A DNA stretch of 64,000 nt from Macrostomum lignano (lineage: Eukaryota), in NCBI GenBank assembly GCA_002269645.1, contig NIVC01002331.1, forward strand, positions 119,125-183,124, read 5' to 3'. The notes under the pieces were generated by a model. That model saw only the letters and a list, made by a program, of their open reading frames with translations. It searched no databases and was not told the DNA's origin. A program made the position numbers and the translations under genes. Positions 1-12,790 of the stretch are shown piece after piece (within the stretch, counting starts at the first letter, position 1; the number at the start of each line of letters is the position of its first letter).

Positions 1-29
1 AAGCTATATGGATGTTGCTGCAAGCGGAA

Positions 30-775
30 GGTACTCTAGGGCTACGGCTCTCTTCCGTCACCATGCTGGGGCTACAGCCCACTCCTGTCACTCTACTGGG
101 GCTACAGCCCTCTCCCGCGACTCTACTGGGGGCTACAGTCCTCTCCCGTTACTCTGCTGGGGGCTACAGTCCTCTCCCGTCACTCTGCTGGGGGCTACAG
201 CCCTCTCCCGTCACTCTGCTGGGGGCTACAGCCCTCTCCCGTCACTCTGCTGGGGGCTACAGCCCTCTCCCGTCACTCTGCTGGGGGCTATAGCCCTCTC
301 CCGTCACTCTGCTGGGGGCTACAGCCCTCTCCCGTCACTCTGCTGGGGGCTACAGCCCTCTCCCGTCACTCTGCTGGGGGCTACAGCCCTCTCCCGTCAC
401 TCTGCTGGGGGCTACAGCCCTCTCCGTCACTCTGCTGGGGGCTACAGCCCTCTCCCGTCACTCTGCTGGGGGCTACAGCCCTCTCCCGTCACTCTGCTGG
501 GGGCTATAGCCCTCTCCCGTCACTCTGCTGGGGGCTACAGCCCTCTCCCGTCACTCTGCTGGGGGCTACAGCCCTCTCCCGTCACTCTGCTGGGGGCTAC
601 AGCCCTCTCCCGTCACTCTGCTGGGGCTACAGCCCTCTCCCGTCACTCTGCTGGGGGCTACAGCCCTCTCCCGTCACTCTGCTGGGGGCTACAGCCCTCT
701 CCCGTCACTCTGCTGGGGCTACAGCTCTCTCCTGTCACTGCTGTGTGGGGCTACAGTCTCCTGCACTCTGCTGAG
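30..775. repeat. 31-bp minisatellite CTGGGGGCTACAGCCCTCTCCCGTCACTCTG
   Basis: About 20 or more near-identical tandem units. Confidence 0.95.
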
Positions 776-1244
776 GAGGGGTTACATCCCTCTCCTGCCA
801 CAACCAGAAGCAAGCAATGCCAAAATTCAAACCTGGAGGTCTCTTAAAATGCCAGCCACAATGCCCCAGGTGTTCCAGCAAAACAAAATCCGTCAATCCG
901 ACACAGCAAATGAAATCGTGCTAATTCCCGAGCATTGCAGTCCCGCATTAATGTCTAGACCTGGAGACGGGGGGTCCTGAGACGAAGAAAAACAAATCAA
1001 TCGTGCCTGACTGACAGTCTGGCCCTGTCTAGATCCCAGCAGTGTTTTAGCGACGTCTTCAGAAAATAGACCCCGGCTGAGCACAGACAGTCTCAGTACA
1101 ACTGTTGACAGTTTTGCCCTGGAAATTTCGCTCCATTTGTTCGTTCAACAGTGTCACAGCATTTTGTGCTTTCATAATCCGCTTTAATCCACCTCTGTTA
1201 TAACAATGTCTCCCGTATAAGTACTACTGACTCACTTTGGGATT

Positions 1245-1525
1245 CAGTATCTCACTCATGAACTCACTCATGAACTCACTCATTCTCTCACTCATAAACT
1301 CCCTCATGAAATCACTCGTGAAATCACTCATGAACTCCCTCATGAACTCACTTATGAACTCACTATAATCTCACTCATAAACTCCCTCATGAAGTCACTC
1401 ATGGGCTCACTCATAAACTCCCTCATGAAGTCACTCATAAACTCACTCATGAACTCACTATAATCTCACTCATAAACTTCCTCACGAACTCACTCGTGAA
1501 ATCACTCATTAACTCATTAACAAAC
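1245..1525. repeat. Degenerate ~16-bp ACTCACTCATGAACTC array
   Basis: Tandem units visible. Confidence 0.85.
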
Positions 1526-2414
1526 TCGTGAGAACTCACAAAGTCCCCCTTCCCTGAAACTCAAGCTCCGCACAATTCTGAGCAAGCTCTGTCTCAATTT
1601 TTCCCCGCCATTCCAATCGCTCTAACAAGTGGCCGCCACAGCCACGCCTCGGGGCAGATTGGCCTCGGAAAGGCGCTTCAATGGTCTCGAGCGCGACGCC
1701 CCCCTTCTCAATAGTCCCAACCTCAGTCTCCCGCTTCGCTGCTTTTCATCTTCCCTCAAGCGACCACTTCATTCTGGCTGACGGGTGAGGGAGTGGGTCA
1801 AAGACGAGAGCAGAAGAGGCCGGCAGCAGAGCATCAGCGGTTTGCTGCTTGCCAGGAAGAGGCAAAAGTGCAGCTGCCCAACAGCTCCATCCGTTGGGCT
1901 GCTTGGCTCTTGGGGAAGAGGTTGACTGAGGTCAGCGCACTCTGAGCACTCTCTGTGCAGCTTCAAAAATAGAACTTTTATTAGAGTTCAATGTAAAATC
2001 TATGAATTAATCAAATAAATTGAATAATTTTACTTTTAAACTTACTTTCTAAAAGATTGACTTGACTGCTTGGAGAAGAAGAATTTCAGAGCTTTAATAT
2101 TTGCTTTATTCCGGTCAAGGACTACTTAAGTAGGCCGACTATAGTGGTCCTTGAGCCAGGGTTAAGTAAACAGTGCCAATGTTCAAGCAACTGACGAACT
2201 TCGGATGCAGAAACTGGGACATGGGTTCCAGCTTTCAGTTGGGAAAACGAGAGAGAATAGCGGAGCGGGAAAAAGAAGAGGCAGAGAGCAAGGTTGGAAG
2301 GCAGACTGAATCAGGCATAAACAGTTTTAACCATTGTTTCTGCATGAAATTGTTTTATGCAGCACAGTCAGCTGCAGCAGCGACATCAGGCAAGTGAGGG
2401 GTCGCCAAACCAGG

Positions 2415-2630
2415 TATCTGGCGGCGCCAAAAAAATGAGTGTCTGAGGGCGCCAAATTGGGTGTCTGGCGGCGCCAAAAACTGGTTGTCTAAGGGCCCCA
2501 AAATTGGATGTCTTGGAGCGCCAAAAACTTGGTGTCTGTGGGCGCCAAAAATGGGTGTCTGAGGGCGCCAAAAACTGGGTGTCTGAGGGCGCCAAAAACT
2601 GGGTGTCTGGCGGCGCCAGAACTGGGGCGT
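2415..2630. repeat. 24-bp minisatellite GGGCGCCAAAAACTGGGTGTCTGA
   Basis: Tandem units visible. Confidence 0.9.
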
Positions 2631-2847
2631 CTCCTCGGATTCTACTCCGGGAAAAAGCCCCCATTCTACTTTGCGATTAATGCAGTTTGCACACTCCCGC
2701 CCGCTTTATTTTTATTATTCCAACGCAAACCTCCTTCATCTCGACTGAAGTGCGGAGAACAAAAAAACTCCCATTAAGCTTTCGTGCAGGCGAATTCTCA
2801 TTTATCCATCAACAAACGTCTATTTTTACCTCGTTTTTTCATTGCAG

Positions 2848-2965
2848 TTCTCCGGAATCGGGAAACGAGTCACCGGGGAGGAGAATAACAAATTCACAAA
2901 CTTTGCGGGTGATAAGTTCAGCCTGGAGATTAAAGACAACAAGAAGAAGACAACCGCTTTGCTGT
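2848..2965 (+). CDS. INPP1: INPP1 internal coding exon (upstream exons not found; probably left of the window)
   Basis: ttttttcattgcag|TTC...CTG T|gtaagc; translates FSGIGKRVTGEENNKFTNFAGDKFSLEIKDNKKKTTALL, matching the INPP1 'FPGL..IFGEESNEFTN...TAELL' segment; 118 nt, phase 0 to 1, joins the next exon in frame. Confidence 0.88.
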
Positions 2966-3300
2966 GTAAGCATTCGCTTTTATAAATATTTATGATCCTG
3001 AAAATTTCAGAGTATGGAGGGATTAAGCAAAAGCAGCTTGAACAGCAAAAAACAAAAACAAAAAGTAACGAAGAACGACAAGCATAGTAATAACAATAAC
3101 AACAACAGCAACAGGAACAAAAGCAACAACAGAAAAAAAAAACAACAACGGCAACAACAACAGCAACAAATTGAAAGCAACAACAACAACACATCTGCTG
3201 CCTTGACAACTGCGTGTAGTGCATGTTTCCATTACTGTGTGTTTTTTAGCCTTTCCTGTCTACCCACCTCTCAGAAACGAGCAAATCGGACAGTCTCGAG

Positions 3301-3381
<81 letters not shown>
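3301..3381. repeat. (CA)n(GA)n compound microsatellite; CAA-rich tract nearby at about 3085-3190
   Basis: Direct reading. Confidence 0.95.
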
Positions 3382-3384
<3 letters not shown>

Positions 3385-3717
3385 CAGATTTTGTAGCAAA
3401 TCCGTGAAGCAGAGTAATTCAAAAAATTGCCTCCCCCCTGGCGCTCTGAGCTGTCCGATCTTTAAATAACCATGCTAGCAAATAACTAGCAAATCCAACT
3501 ACCGCTTGCAAGCTATCAGATTGCTTTAGGCAGATGGAGAGAGGACTGCTCTTGTGAGCAAATCCGGATTTGGAGCACAGGTTGTCGTCTTCCTGTGATT
3601 TTGGGTGACACTCTACACTGTTTTATCGGATGGGTTATTCAATTGTTTTAGATTTCAGATTTTTATTTTAGTTATATTGGATTGTTCTGCTGTCTGTTTG
3701 TTGTTTGTTCTTCAATC

Positions 3718-5325
3718 CCGATCCGCCCCCTGAGAATCACTTCTGATCCGCCCCCTGAGAACCACTTCTAATCCGCCCCCTTAGAATCACTCCTGATCCG
3801 CCCCTAAGAATCACTCCTTGTCCACCCGTGAGAGTCACTCATTATCTGCCTCTGATGGTCACTCCTGATCCGCCCGTGAGAGTCACATCTGATCCGACCC
3901 TGAGAGTCACTCCTTATCCACTCATGAGTCACTCCTTATCCACCCATGCCATGAGAGTCACTCCTTATCCGGCCATAAAAGTGACTCCTTATCCGCCCAT
4001 GAGAATCAGTCAATCCTTATCCACCCATGAGAGTCAGTCACTCCTTATCCGCCCATTGAGAGCCAGTCACTCCTTATCCGCTCATGCCATGAAAGTCACT
4101 CCTTATCCGGCCATAAGAGTGACTCCTTATCCACCCATGAGAGTCAGTCAATCCTTATCCGGCCATGAGAGTCAGTCACTCCTTATCCGTCCATGCGAGT
4201 CAGTCACTCCTTATCCGCCCATGAGAGCCAGTCAATCTTTATCCGCTGATGAGAGTCAGTCACTCCTTATCCGACCATGAGAGCCAGTCACTCCTTATCC
4301 GCCCATGCCATGAAAGTCACTCCTTAGCCGGCCATAAGGGTGACTCCTTATCCGCCCATGAGAGTCAGTCAATCCTTATCCGACCATGAGAGTCAGTCAA
4401 TCCTTATCCACCCATGAGAGTCAGTCAATCCTTATCCGACCATGAGAGTCAGTCAATCCTTATCCACCCATGAGAGTCAGTCAATCCTTATCCGACCATG
4501 AGAGTCAGTCACTCCTTATCCACCCATGAGAGTCAGTCAATCCTTATCCACCCATGAGAGCCAGTCAATCCTTATCCACCCATGAGAGTCAGTCAATCCT
4601 TATCCGACCATGAGAGTCAGTCACTCCTTATCCGACCATGAGAGTCAGTCAATCCTTATCCGACCATGAGAGCCAGTCAATCCTTATCCACCCATGAGAG
4701 TCAGTCAATCCTTATCCGACCATGAGAGTCAGTCACTCCTTATCCACCCATGAGAGTCAGTCAATCCTTATCCGACCATGAGAGTCAGTCAATCCTTATC
4801 CACCCATGAGAGCCAGTCAATCCTTATCCTCCCATGAGAGTCAGTCAATCCTTATCCACCCATGAGAGCCAGTCAATCCTTATCCACCCATGAGAGTCAG
4901 TCAATCCTTATCCGACCATGAGAGTCAGTCACTCCTTATCCACCCATGAGAGTCAGTCAATCCTTATCCGACCATGAGAGCCAGTCAATCCTTATCCACC
5001 CATGAGAGTCAGTCAATCCTTATCCGACCATGAGAGTCAGTCACTCCTTATCCACCCATGAGAGTCAGTCAATCCTTATCCACCCATGAGAGCCAGTCAC
5101 TCCTTATCCACCCATGAGAGTCAGTCAATCCTTATCCACCCATGAGAGCCAGTCACTCCTTATCCGACCATGAGAGTCAGTCACTCCTTATCCACCCATG
5201 AGAGTCAGTCACTCCTTATCCACCCATGAGAGTCAGTCAATCCTTATCCACCCATGAGAGCCAGTCAATCCTTATCCACCCATGAGAGTCAGTCAATCCT
5301 TTTCCGACCATGAGAGTCAGTCCTG
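3718..5325. repeat. 28-bp minisatellite GAGAGTCAGTCAATCCTTATCCACCCAT with degenerate left edge
   Basis: Tandem units; lies in an INPP1 intron. Confidence 0.95.
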
Positions 5326-5390
5326 AGTCACACGCAATAAGACAACATGCCGCCGCCTCAAACCTGCACGATACTAAAATTTCACCTCAG

Positions 5391-5540
5391 GCAAGATTCT
5401 AGACGGCAACGATCGAGCTGCCACCACGTTGGCCAATTTGGTTCACGAAGACGTTACTGTGCCGCGGCCGCCCGAACTGGAGAAACTGGAGTCCCTGGAG
5501 CTCGACAAAAAGGAGATCGGAATCTGGATTGATCCCATCG
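5391..5540 (+). CDS. INPP1: INPP1 coding exon
   Basis: ttcacctcag|GC...ATC G|gtcagg; (C)KILDGNDRAATTLANLVHEDVTVPRPPELEKLESLELDKKEIGIWIDPI(D), like INPP1 'KVLNGNKVASEALARVVHQDV...GIWVDPID'; 150 nt, phase 1 to 1. Confidence 0.92.
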
Positions 5541-5736
5541 GTCAGGACGCGAAGCCAATTGAAGGGGTTGAAGGGGTGGGATTGAGGGGGTGGGATTGAG
5601 GGGGTGAATTTAAGGGGTGAAATTGGGGGTGTGGGATTGAGTGGGTGGGATTGAGGGGGTGGGTCTGACTAACCAAGAAGAGAAGACACCGGAAGGAGAG
5701 CTCAAGACAGTCAAGCTTTTCACACCCAACCCTCAG

Positions 5737-5914
5737 ATGGCACCGCTGAGTACATCTCGGGCAGCCGGGACCCGGAATTCCGGCCTGGCGAGAACATCAG
5801 CCAGAACGGCCTGCCAAACGTGACGGTGCTGATCGGGGTGTACGAAAGGTCCACCGGCCTGCCAATCATTGGCGTCATCAACCAGCCGTTCTTCAAGACC
5901 GAGGATGGCAAGAT
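5737..5914 (+). CDS. INPP1: INPP1 coding exon completing the DPIDGT metal-binding motif
   Basis: aaccctcag|AT GGC ACC...AAG AT|gtgagg; DGTAEYISG...GLPNVTVLIGVYERSTGLPIIGVINQPFF, matching INPP1 'GL..VTILIGVYD..TG.P..GVINQPF'; 178 nt, phase 1 to 2. Confidence 0.93.
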
Positions 5915-5929
5915 GTGAGGATTGGCCTT

Positions 5930-6972
5930 TGTCGGCGCCCTATGACTGGAGTTGTGGCGCCCTATGACTAGAGTTGTGGCGCTAAAACTGTGACGCCCTA
6001 TATTGACACAACAACTGTGGCGCCCTATATTGACACACTAACTGTGGCGCCCTATATTGACACACTAACTGTGGCGCCCTATATTGACACACTAACTGTG
6101 GCGCCCTATATTGACACACTAACTGTGGCGCCCTATATTATCACACTAACTGTGGCGCCCTATATTGACACACTAACTGTGGCGCCCTATATTGATACAT
6201 TAACTGTTGGCGCCCTATATTGATACAATAACTGTGGCGCTCTATATTATCACACTAACTGTGGCGCCCTATATTATCACACTAACTGTGGCGCCCTATA
6301 TTGAAACACTAGCTGTGAAACCCTATATTGACACACTAACTGTGGCGCCCTATATTGATACACTAACTGTGGCGCCCTATATTGACACTCTAACTGTGGC
6401 GCCCTATATTGACACACTAACTGTGGCGCCCTATATTGATACATTAACTGTGGCGCCCTATATTGATACACTAACTGTGGCGCCCTATATTGATACATTA
6501 ACTGTTGGCGCCCTATATTGATACAATAACTGTGGCGCTCTATATTATCACACTAACTGTGGCGCCCTATATTGACACACTAACTGTGGCGCCCTATATT
6601 GACACACTAACTGTGGCGCCCTATATTGACACACTAACTGTGGCGCCCTATATTGACACACTAACTGTGGCGCCCTATATTATCACACTAACTGTGGCGC
6701 CCTATATTGACACACTAACTGTGGCGCCCTATATTGATACATTAACTGTTGGCGCCCTATATTGATACAATAACTGTGGCGCTCTATATTATCACACTAA
6801 CTGTGGCGCCCTATATTATCACACTAACTGTGGCGCCCTATATTGATACAATAACTGTTGGCGCCCTATATTGATACATTAACTGTGGCGCCCTATATTG
6901 ATACACTAACTGTGGCGCCCTATATTATCACACTAACTGTGGCGCCCTATACTGAAACACTAGCTGTGACAC
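5930..6972. repeat. 27-bp minisatellite CTAACTGTGGCGCCCTATATTGACACA with ~298-bp higher-order period
   Basis: Variant pattern repeats at 6207 and 6505. Confidence 0.95.
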
Positions 6973-7464
6973 AAAAGTTATGGCAGCTATTAGCCAACAT
7001 ATTTTCAATTAAAAAGATTTTGAGCTCACGCAAATTATTCAGCAAAGCAAAAGAATTCTTACAAAGCGGAGCAATTTATGGTAGCTGAATTCTAAGCAAG
7101 GAAGAGAGGAGTTAATCCGCCCCCCAGAGGGAGTTCCTCAATCATTTCTGTCGCAGGGGCGGGGATTTAATGAAAAATGTTCTCGCGTGCCGCGTCCCCC
7201 TGTCTCCCTATCTTCAGCTCGTGTCCGCAACGAATCTCGGCAGTTATTGAGCCAAGGCAGCGCTGGCAGAATTAAAACGCACAGCCGAGTCAGTTGCTAG
7301 GGGGGGGGGTGTTATAGAGTTGAGCCCACAGAAATTAATCCATCGATTTTTCCGAGGCTCGTGTCCGGGAGCCGGGGATACAGAGGTTTTTCGATGGGCA
7401 TTAGGTATTTTTTCGTCACAGTTGCAATCGGTGTATCGCCGCAGAACCATCATAAAAACCTCAC

Positions 7465-7960
7465 TGAACCACCCTGAGAATCGTCCCTGAAATATCTTGA
7501 GAATTGCCCTAAACCACCTTGAGAATCGTCCCTGAAATATCTTGAGAATTGCCCTGAACCACCCTGAGAATCGTCCCTGAAATATCTTGAGAACTGCCCT
7601 GAACCACCCTGAGAATCGTCCCTGAAATATCTTGAGAATTGCCCTGAACCACCTTGAGAATCGTCCCTGAACCACCTTGAGAATTGCCCTGAACTACCCT
7701 GAGAATTGCCCTAAACCACCTTGAGAATCGTCCCTGAAATATCTTGAGAATTGCCCTGAACCACCCTGAGAATCGTCCCTGAAATATCTTGAGAATTGCC
7801 CTGAACCACCTTGAGAATCGTCCCTGAACCACCTTGAGAATTGCCCTGAACTACCCTGAGAATCGCCACTGAACCACCCTAAGAATCGCCACCGAACCAC
7901 CCTAAGAATCGCCCCTAAACCACCCTAAGAATCGCCCCTAAACCACCCTAAGAATCGCCC
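7465..7960. repeat. 22/23-bp (45-bp dimer) minisatellite CCCTGAACCACCCTGAGAATCGT / CCCTGAAATATCTTGAGAATTG
   Basis: Tandem units visible. Confidence 0.92.
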
Positions 7961-8116
7961 TTGTGAATCTCAGAAAACGAGGTGCGATTTTCGGATGTTT
8001 TTAGCAGATTCTCGTCTAGTTCAAAAGCGATTCCCACGACGCTTCAGAGGCAAGAGGCATGAGGTGTTCGCTGTCTCATACCCCATCTGTACTCGCCTCC
8101 CGTCTCCCCCCGCCAG

Positions 8117-8642
8117 CTGGAGCGGTCGCATGGTGTGGGGCGCCTGCATCGGCGACGCCCGCGTCACCAGCGTGCCGCACGGGCGCGACCAGCCGCCAGT
8201 GGGCGAAGCCGAGAAGCCGGCCGTGGTGACGTCAATGTCCGACTGCAAGAAGCTGGGCACCTACCTGTGCGAGAACTTCGACATTCTCACCGCCCCTGGC
8301 GCCGGCTACAAGCTGCTGTGCGTCATCGATCGGCTGTGCTCAGCCTACGTGCTGTCCAAGGACAACACCTACAGGTGGGACACCTGCGCTCCTCACGCAA
8401 TCCTGCGATCCCAGGGCGGCGGAGTTGTCAAGCACCAGCAGGCTCTGACTGCCGACCTGTCCGGAGGTGGCGGTAGCGGCGGTGGCGCTTGCGACAAAGC
8501 CCTGCGCGACCTGCAGCTGACCTACCACAAGGCCGAGCCGAAGGCCTCCGGCTCCAATGCCTGGTGCAACATGCAGGGCGTCATCGCCTACTCGGACCCG
8601 AAGGTGCTGCAGCGCCTGGTGGCCAGCCTGACCAAGAAGTGA
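8117..8642 (+). CDS. INPP1: INPP1 last coding exon
   Basis: cccccgccag|C TGG AGC GGT; WSGRMVWG...GAGYKLLCVI...YVLSKDNTYRWDTCAPHAILRSQGGGV...WCNMQGVIAY...TKK*; carries the GAGYK and WD-CA-HAIL motifs of the inositol monophosphatase superfamily; TGA at 8640-8642. Confidence 0.93.
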
Positions 8643-8742
8643 GACCGAGCGGACTTTGCCGAGGCTGCTTAGACGATGCACTGTCTTAGGCCCAAGGCTC
8701 AATTTCGCTTAAATACGCATTGGCGAGATATAGGAAAGGGTA

Positions 8743-9093
8743 GGTGCCGTAGGCTAGTGGTCAAGCGCGGCGCTCTGATGTGCCAGCGGCCCAGGTTCGA
8801 TTCCAAATGCAGTCACATTAATTTTGGGGCTAAATTGGTACCTCGGCTTGGCTCTGCTCGTGCAATTAACGGCCTTGAGGGCCAACCCCCCAAGGCACAG
8901 TGAAGTGTACATGCCTAACGATAAATATAGATAGGGCCGCTGTTCACTCCTGTGTGAGTGTGTGCCTGTGCGTATGACTGCGTACGTATCCGCGCGCTTG
9001 TGTGCCTGCTCAGGGGAGTCGGCGGAATGGGCAACAATGCCTCTCGCCGGTTGTGTGACAATGTCGCTTAAAGTGCGCAGGGTGACCACAGCC
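8743..9093 (+). mobile_element. tRNA-headed SINE, family X, copy A (apparently full length)
   Basis: A-box-like TAGGCTAGTGG, B-box GGTTCGATTCC, then the central domain GAGGGCCAACCCCCCAAGGCAC..GTGTACATGCC and 3' part CAGGGTGACCACAGC shared with other copies in the window. Confidence 0.8.
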
Positions 9094-9809
9094 ACTGGTA
9101 CACTCTGACAAAAGCTAAAATATAGATGCCAACTTATAGTCCCGAAACGGAAGCGAACCGGATCCAAGGACCTTGGTCGGATCCCACCATTGGACTGCAG
9201 CTTTCGCTGTGCGCCGCTCCGGTGCTTCGCTTCCATTTAGGCACTGAGTTGACTTCTCCATTTCAGTTTTAAGCACTAAATTGTCAGCATCTCACCTTCA
9301 GAGCTGTCAATATGCATATAAAGCCGGGACAGTGGTAAATTTGCTTCAAATTCGCGCATTTGCCAGTGTCCAGTAGCTTTCCCCCCGGAGCTATAAGTCT
9401 AGTAGAAACTGATGAAGCCACCTCAGACCAAGCATACACGCCAGCTTCATGTGATGGGCACAATAAGAGTCAGGTAAAACCATTAGCTGTTAGAACCATT
9501 AGATCCATTAGCTGCTAAAACTTACAATTCCCATCTTTGCCAATGCATTTTTAAGCAAAATTCAGACCTTAAATAAATTGTCCGCTCAACGCTTGGGTGT
9601 TGCAATTTTCTAGACAAATTTTCAAGACAAGAGCTGAATTAAACATCAAATCGCCTACTCGGACCCGAAGGTGCTGCAGCGCCTGGTGGCCAGCCTGACC
9701 AAGAAGTGAGACCGAGCGGACTTTGCCGAGGCTGCTTAGACGATGCACTGTCTTAGGCCCAAGGCTCAATTTCGCTTAAATACGCATTGGCGAGATATAG
9801 GAAAGGGTA

Positions 9810-10160
9810 GGTGCCGTAGCCTAGTGGTCAAGCGCGGCGCTCTGATGTGCCAGCGGCCCAGGTTCGATTCCAAATGCAGTCACATTAATTTTGGGGCTAA
9901 ATTGGTACCTCGGCTTGGCTCTGCTCGTGCAATTAACGGCCTTGAGGGCCAACCCCCCAAGGCACAGTGAAGTGTACATGCCTAACGATAAATATAGATA
10001 GGGCCGCTGTTCACTCCTGTGTGAGTGTGTGCCTGTGCGTATGACTGCGTACGTATCCGCGCGCTTGTGTGCCTGCTCAGGGGAGTCGGCGGAATGGGCA
10101 ACAATGCCTCTCGCCGGTTGTGTGACAATGTCGCTTAAAGTGCGCAGGGTGACCACAGCC
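9810..10160 (+). mobile_element. SINE family X, copy A' (inside the tandem duplication)
   Basis: Same as copy A except the A-box reads TAGCCTAGTGG, closer to consensus. Confidence 0.8.
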
Positions 10161-10742
10161 ACTGGTACACTCTGACAAAAGCTAAAATATAGATGCCAAC
10201 TTATAGTCCCGAAACGGAAGCGAACCGGATCCAAGGACCTTGGTCGGATCCCACCATTGGACTGCAGCTTTCGCTGTGCGCCGCTCCGGTGCTTCGCTTC
10301 CATTTAGGCACTGAGTTGACTTCTCCATTTCAGTTTTAAGCACTAAATTGTCAGCATCTCACCTTCAGAGCTGTCAATATGCATATAAAGCCGGGACAGT
10401 GGTAAATTTGCTTCAAATTCGCGCATTTGCCAGTGTCCAGTAGCTTTCCCCCCCGGAGCTATAAGTCTAGTAGAAACTGATGAAGCCACCTCAGACCAAG
10501 CATACACGCCAGCTTCATGTGATGGGCACAATAAGAGTCAGGTAAAACCATTAGCTGTTAGAACCATTAGATCCATTAGCTGCTAAAACTTACAATTCCC
10601 ATCTTTGCCAATGCATTTTTAAGCAAAATTCAGACCTTAAATAAATTGTCCGCTCAACGCTTGGGTGTTGCAATTTTCTAGACAAATTTTCAAGACAAGA
10701 GCTGAATTAAACATCAAATTGTATTGTTAAAAAAATATTGCA

Positions 10743-10938
10743 GTAATGAGCGTACTATTATTAGTAAGATACTACTTTTTAGTAATGAGCGTACTACTAG
10801 TAGTAAGATACTACTTTTTAGTAATGAGCGTACTACTTTTAATAAGATACTACTTTTTAGTAATGAGCGTACTACTATTAGTAAGATACTACTTTTTAGT
10901 AATGAGCGTACTACTATTAGTAAGATACTACTTTTTTA
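10743..10938. repeat. 39-bp minisatellite (TAGTAATGAGCGTACTACTATTAGTAAGATACTACTTTT), about 5 units
   Basis: Tandem units visible. Confidence 0.92.
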
Positions 10939-11539
10939 GCCTTCTCGTTCTTCGGAAATGCAAATGTTCTGTAAAATCTGTTTTAAAGAATACCAGAATA
11001 TGTACCTGGTTTATGGTCCTAGTAACCGACTATAAGAGTATAATATATCTATAAATACAATTAACAAAAGAGTCAATGCAGGTAACATTCCCACCCTGAC
11101 AATTAATTGATAAAATTAAACTAAATTAGTGTTGTGAATTACTACAATTATTAAAATCGACGCAAACAATAATCTAGCCCTATTATACACTACTATGCAT
11201 ATGAGTAGCATATAAGTAGTAGTTAACTATTTTTTGTTTAAAGAAACGCACCGACAGTTAAAAGAAAAGCCATTGTGCGCACGCTTATTACTGGCCATTG
11301 TGTGTTCTTTCCGCTTTTTGTTTCTATAGACTTTTGATCCAGCCCTAAATTCTCAGCAGTTTCACTGTCTATTATATTTACTGGATTATAAAGCATAAAT
11401 AAAACACCTGTTGTGCGACTCTTCTTGCGCCAGTCAATAACTATTTCTGTTGTGTTTAAAATGCGTTAATTATCTGTTTATGCGCTTCATTTCATTTATC
11501 CTTAAGAGATACTGAGGCTCTTTTTTGTAAGTTGAGAGC

Positions 11540-12790
11540 TGACACCTCAATACCTGATCCTAACACCTCAATACCTGATCCTAACACCTCAATACCTGAT
11601 CCTAACACCTCAATACCTGATCCTAACACCTCAATACCTGATCCTAACACCTCAATACCTGATCCTAACACCTCAATACCTGATCCTAACACCTCAATAC
11701 CTGATCCTAACACCTCAATACCTGATCCTAACACCTCAATACCTGATCCTAACACCTCAATACCTGATCCTAACACCTCAATATCTGATCCTAACACCTC
11801 AATACCTGATCCTAACACCTCAATACCTGATCCTAACACTTCAATACCTGATCCTAACACCTCAATACCTGATCCTAACACCTCAATACCTGATCCTAAC
11901 ACCTCAATACCTGATCCTAACACCTCAATACCTGATCCTAACACCTCAATACCTGATCCTAACACCTCAATACCTGATCCTAACACCTCAATACCTGATC
12001 CTAACACCTCAATACCTGATCCTAACACCTCAATACCTGATCCTAACACCTCAATACCTGATCCTAACACCTCAATACCTGATCCTAACACCTCAATATC
12101 TGATCCTAACACCTCAATACCTGATCCTAACACCTCAATACCTGATCCTAACACCTCAATACCTGATCCTAACACCTCAATACCTGATCCTAACACCTCA
12201 ATACCTGATCCTAACACCTCAATACCTGATCCTAACACCTCAATACCTGATCCTAACACCTCAATACCTGATCCTAACACCTCAATACCTGATCCTAACA
12301 CCTCAATACCTGATCCTAACACCTCAATACCTGATCCTAACACCTCAATATCTGATCCCTGATCCTAACACCTCAATACCTGATCCTAACACCTCAATAC
12401 CTGATCCTAACACTTCAATACCTGATCCTAACACCTCAATACCTGATCCTAACACCTCAATACCTGATCCTAACACCTCAATACCTGATCCTAACACCTC
12501 AATACCTGATCCTAACACCTCAATACCTGATCCTAACACCTCAATACCTGATCCTGACACCTCAATACCTGATCCTAACACCTCAATACCTGATCCTAAC
12601 ACCTCAATACCTGATCCTAACACCTTACTACCTGATCCGGACACATCGCACCACCTGATCCTGACAACCTCACTACCTGATCCTGACACCTCACCACCTG
12701 ATCCTGACACCTCACTACCTGATCCTGACACCCCAATACCTGATCCTGACACCTCACCACCTGATCCTGACACCTCACTACCTGAGTCAC
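11540..12790. repeat. 21-bp minisatellite CCTCAATACCTGATCCTAACA
   Basis: About 55-60 highly homogeneous units, degenerate at the right edge. Confidence 0.97.

Larger units (their letters stand above)
8583..10719 (+). repeat. Head-to-tail tandem duplication, two copies of about 1067 bp (INPP1 last ~20 codons, 3' region and SINE)
   Basis: 8583-9649 recurs at 9650-10717; differences seen are G8753 vs C9820 and a C6 vs C7 run (about 9381 vs 10448); 2-bp AT microhomology at the junction. Confidence 0.95.

Noticed and set aside
8-7900. Repeat ORFs at 8-847, 3828-4280, 5990-7088 and 7244-7900
   Set aside because: Minisatellite translations inside INPP1 introns.
8743-8815. Possible tRNA genes (also 30935-31004, 43285-43355, 48291-48365)
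   Set aside because: A and B boxes are present but no complete cloverleaf or acceptor stem is evident, and each runs into a SINE body; treated as SINE heads.
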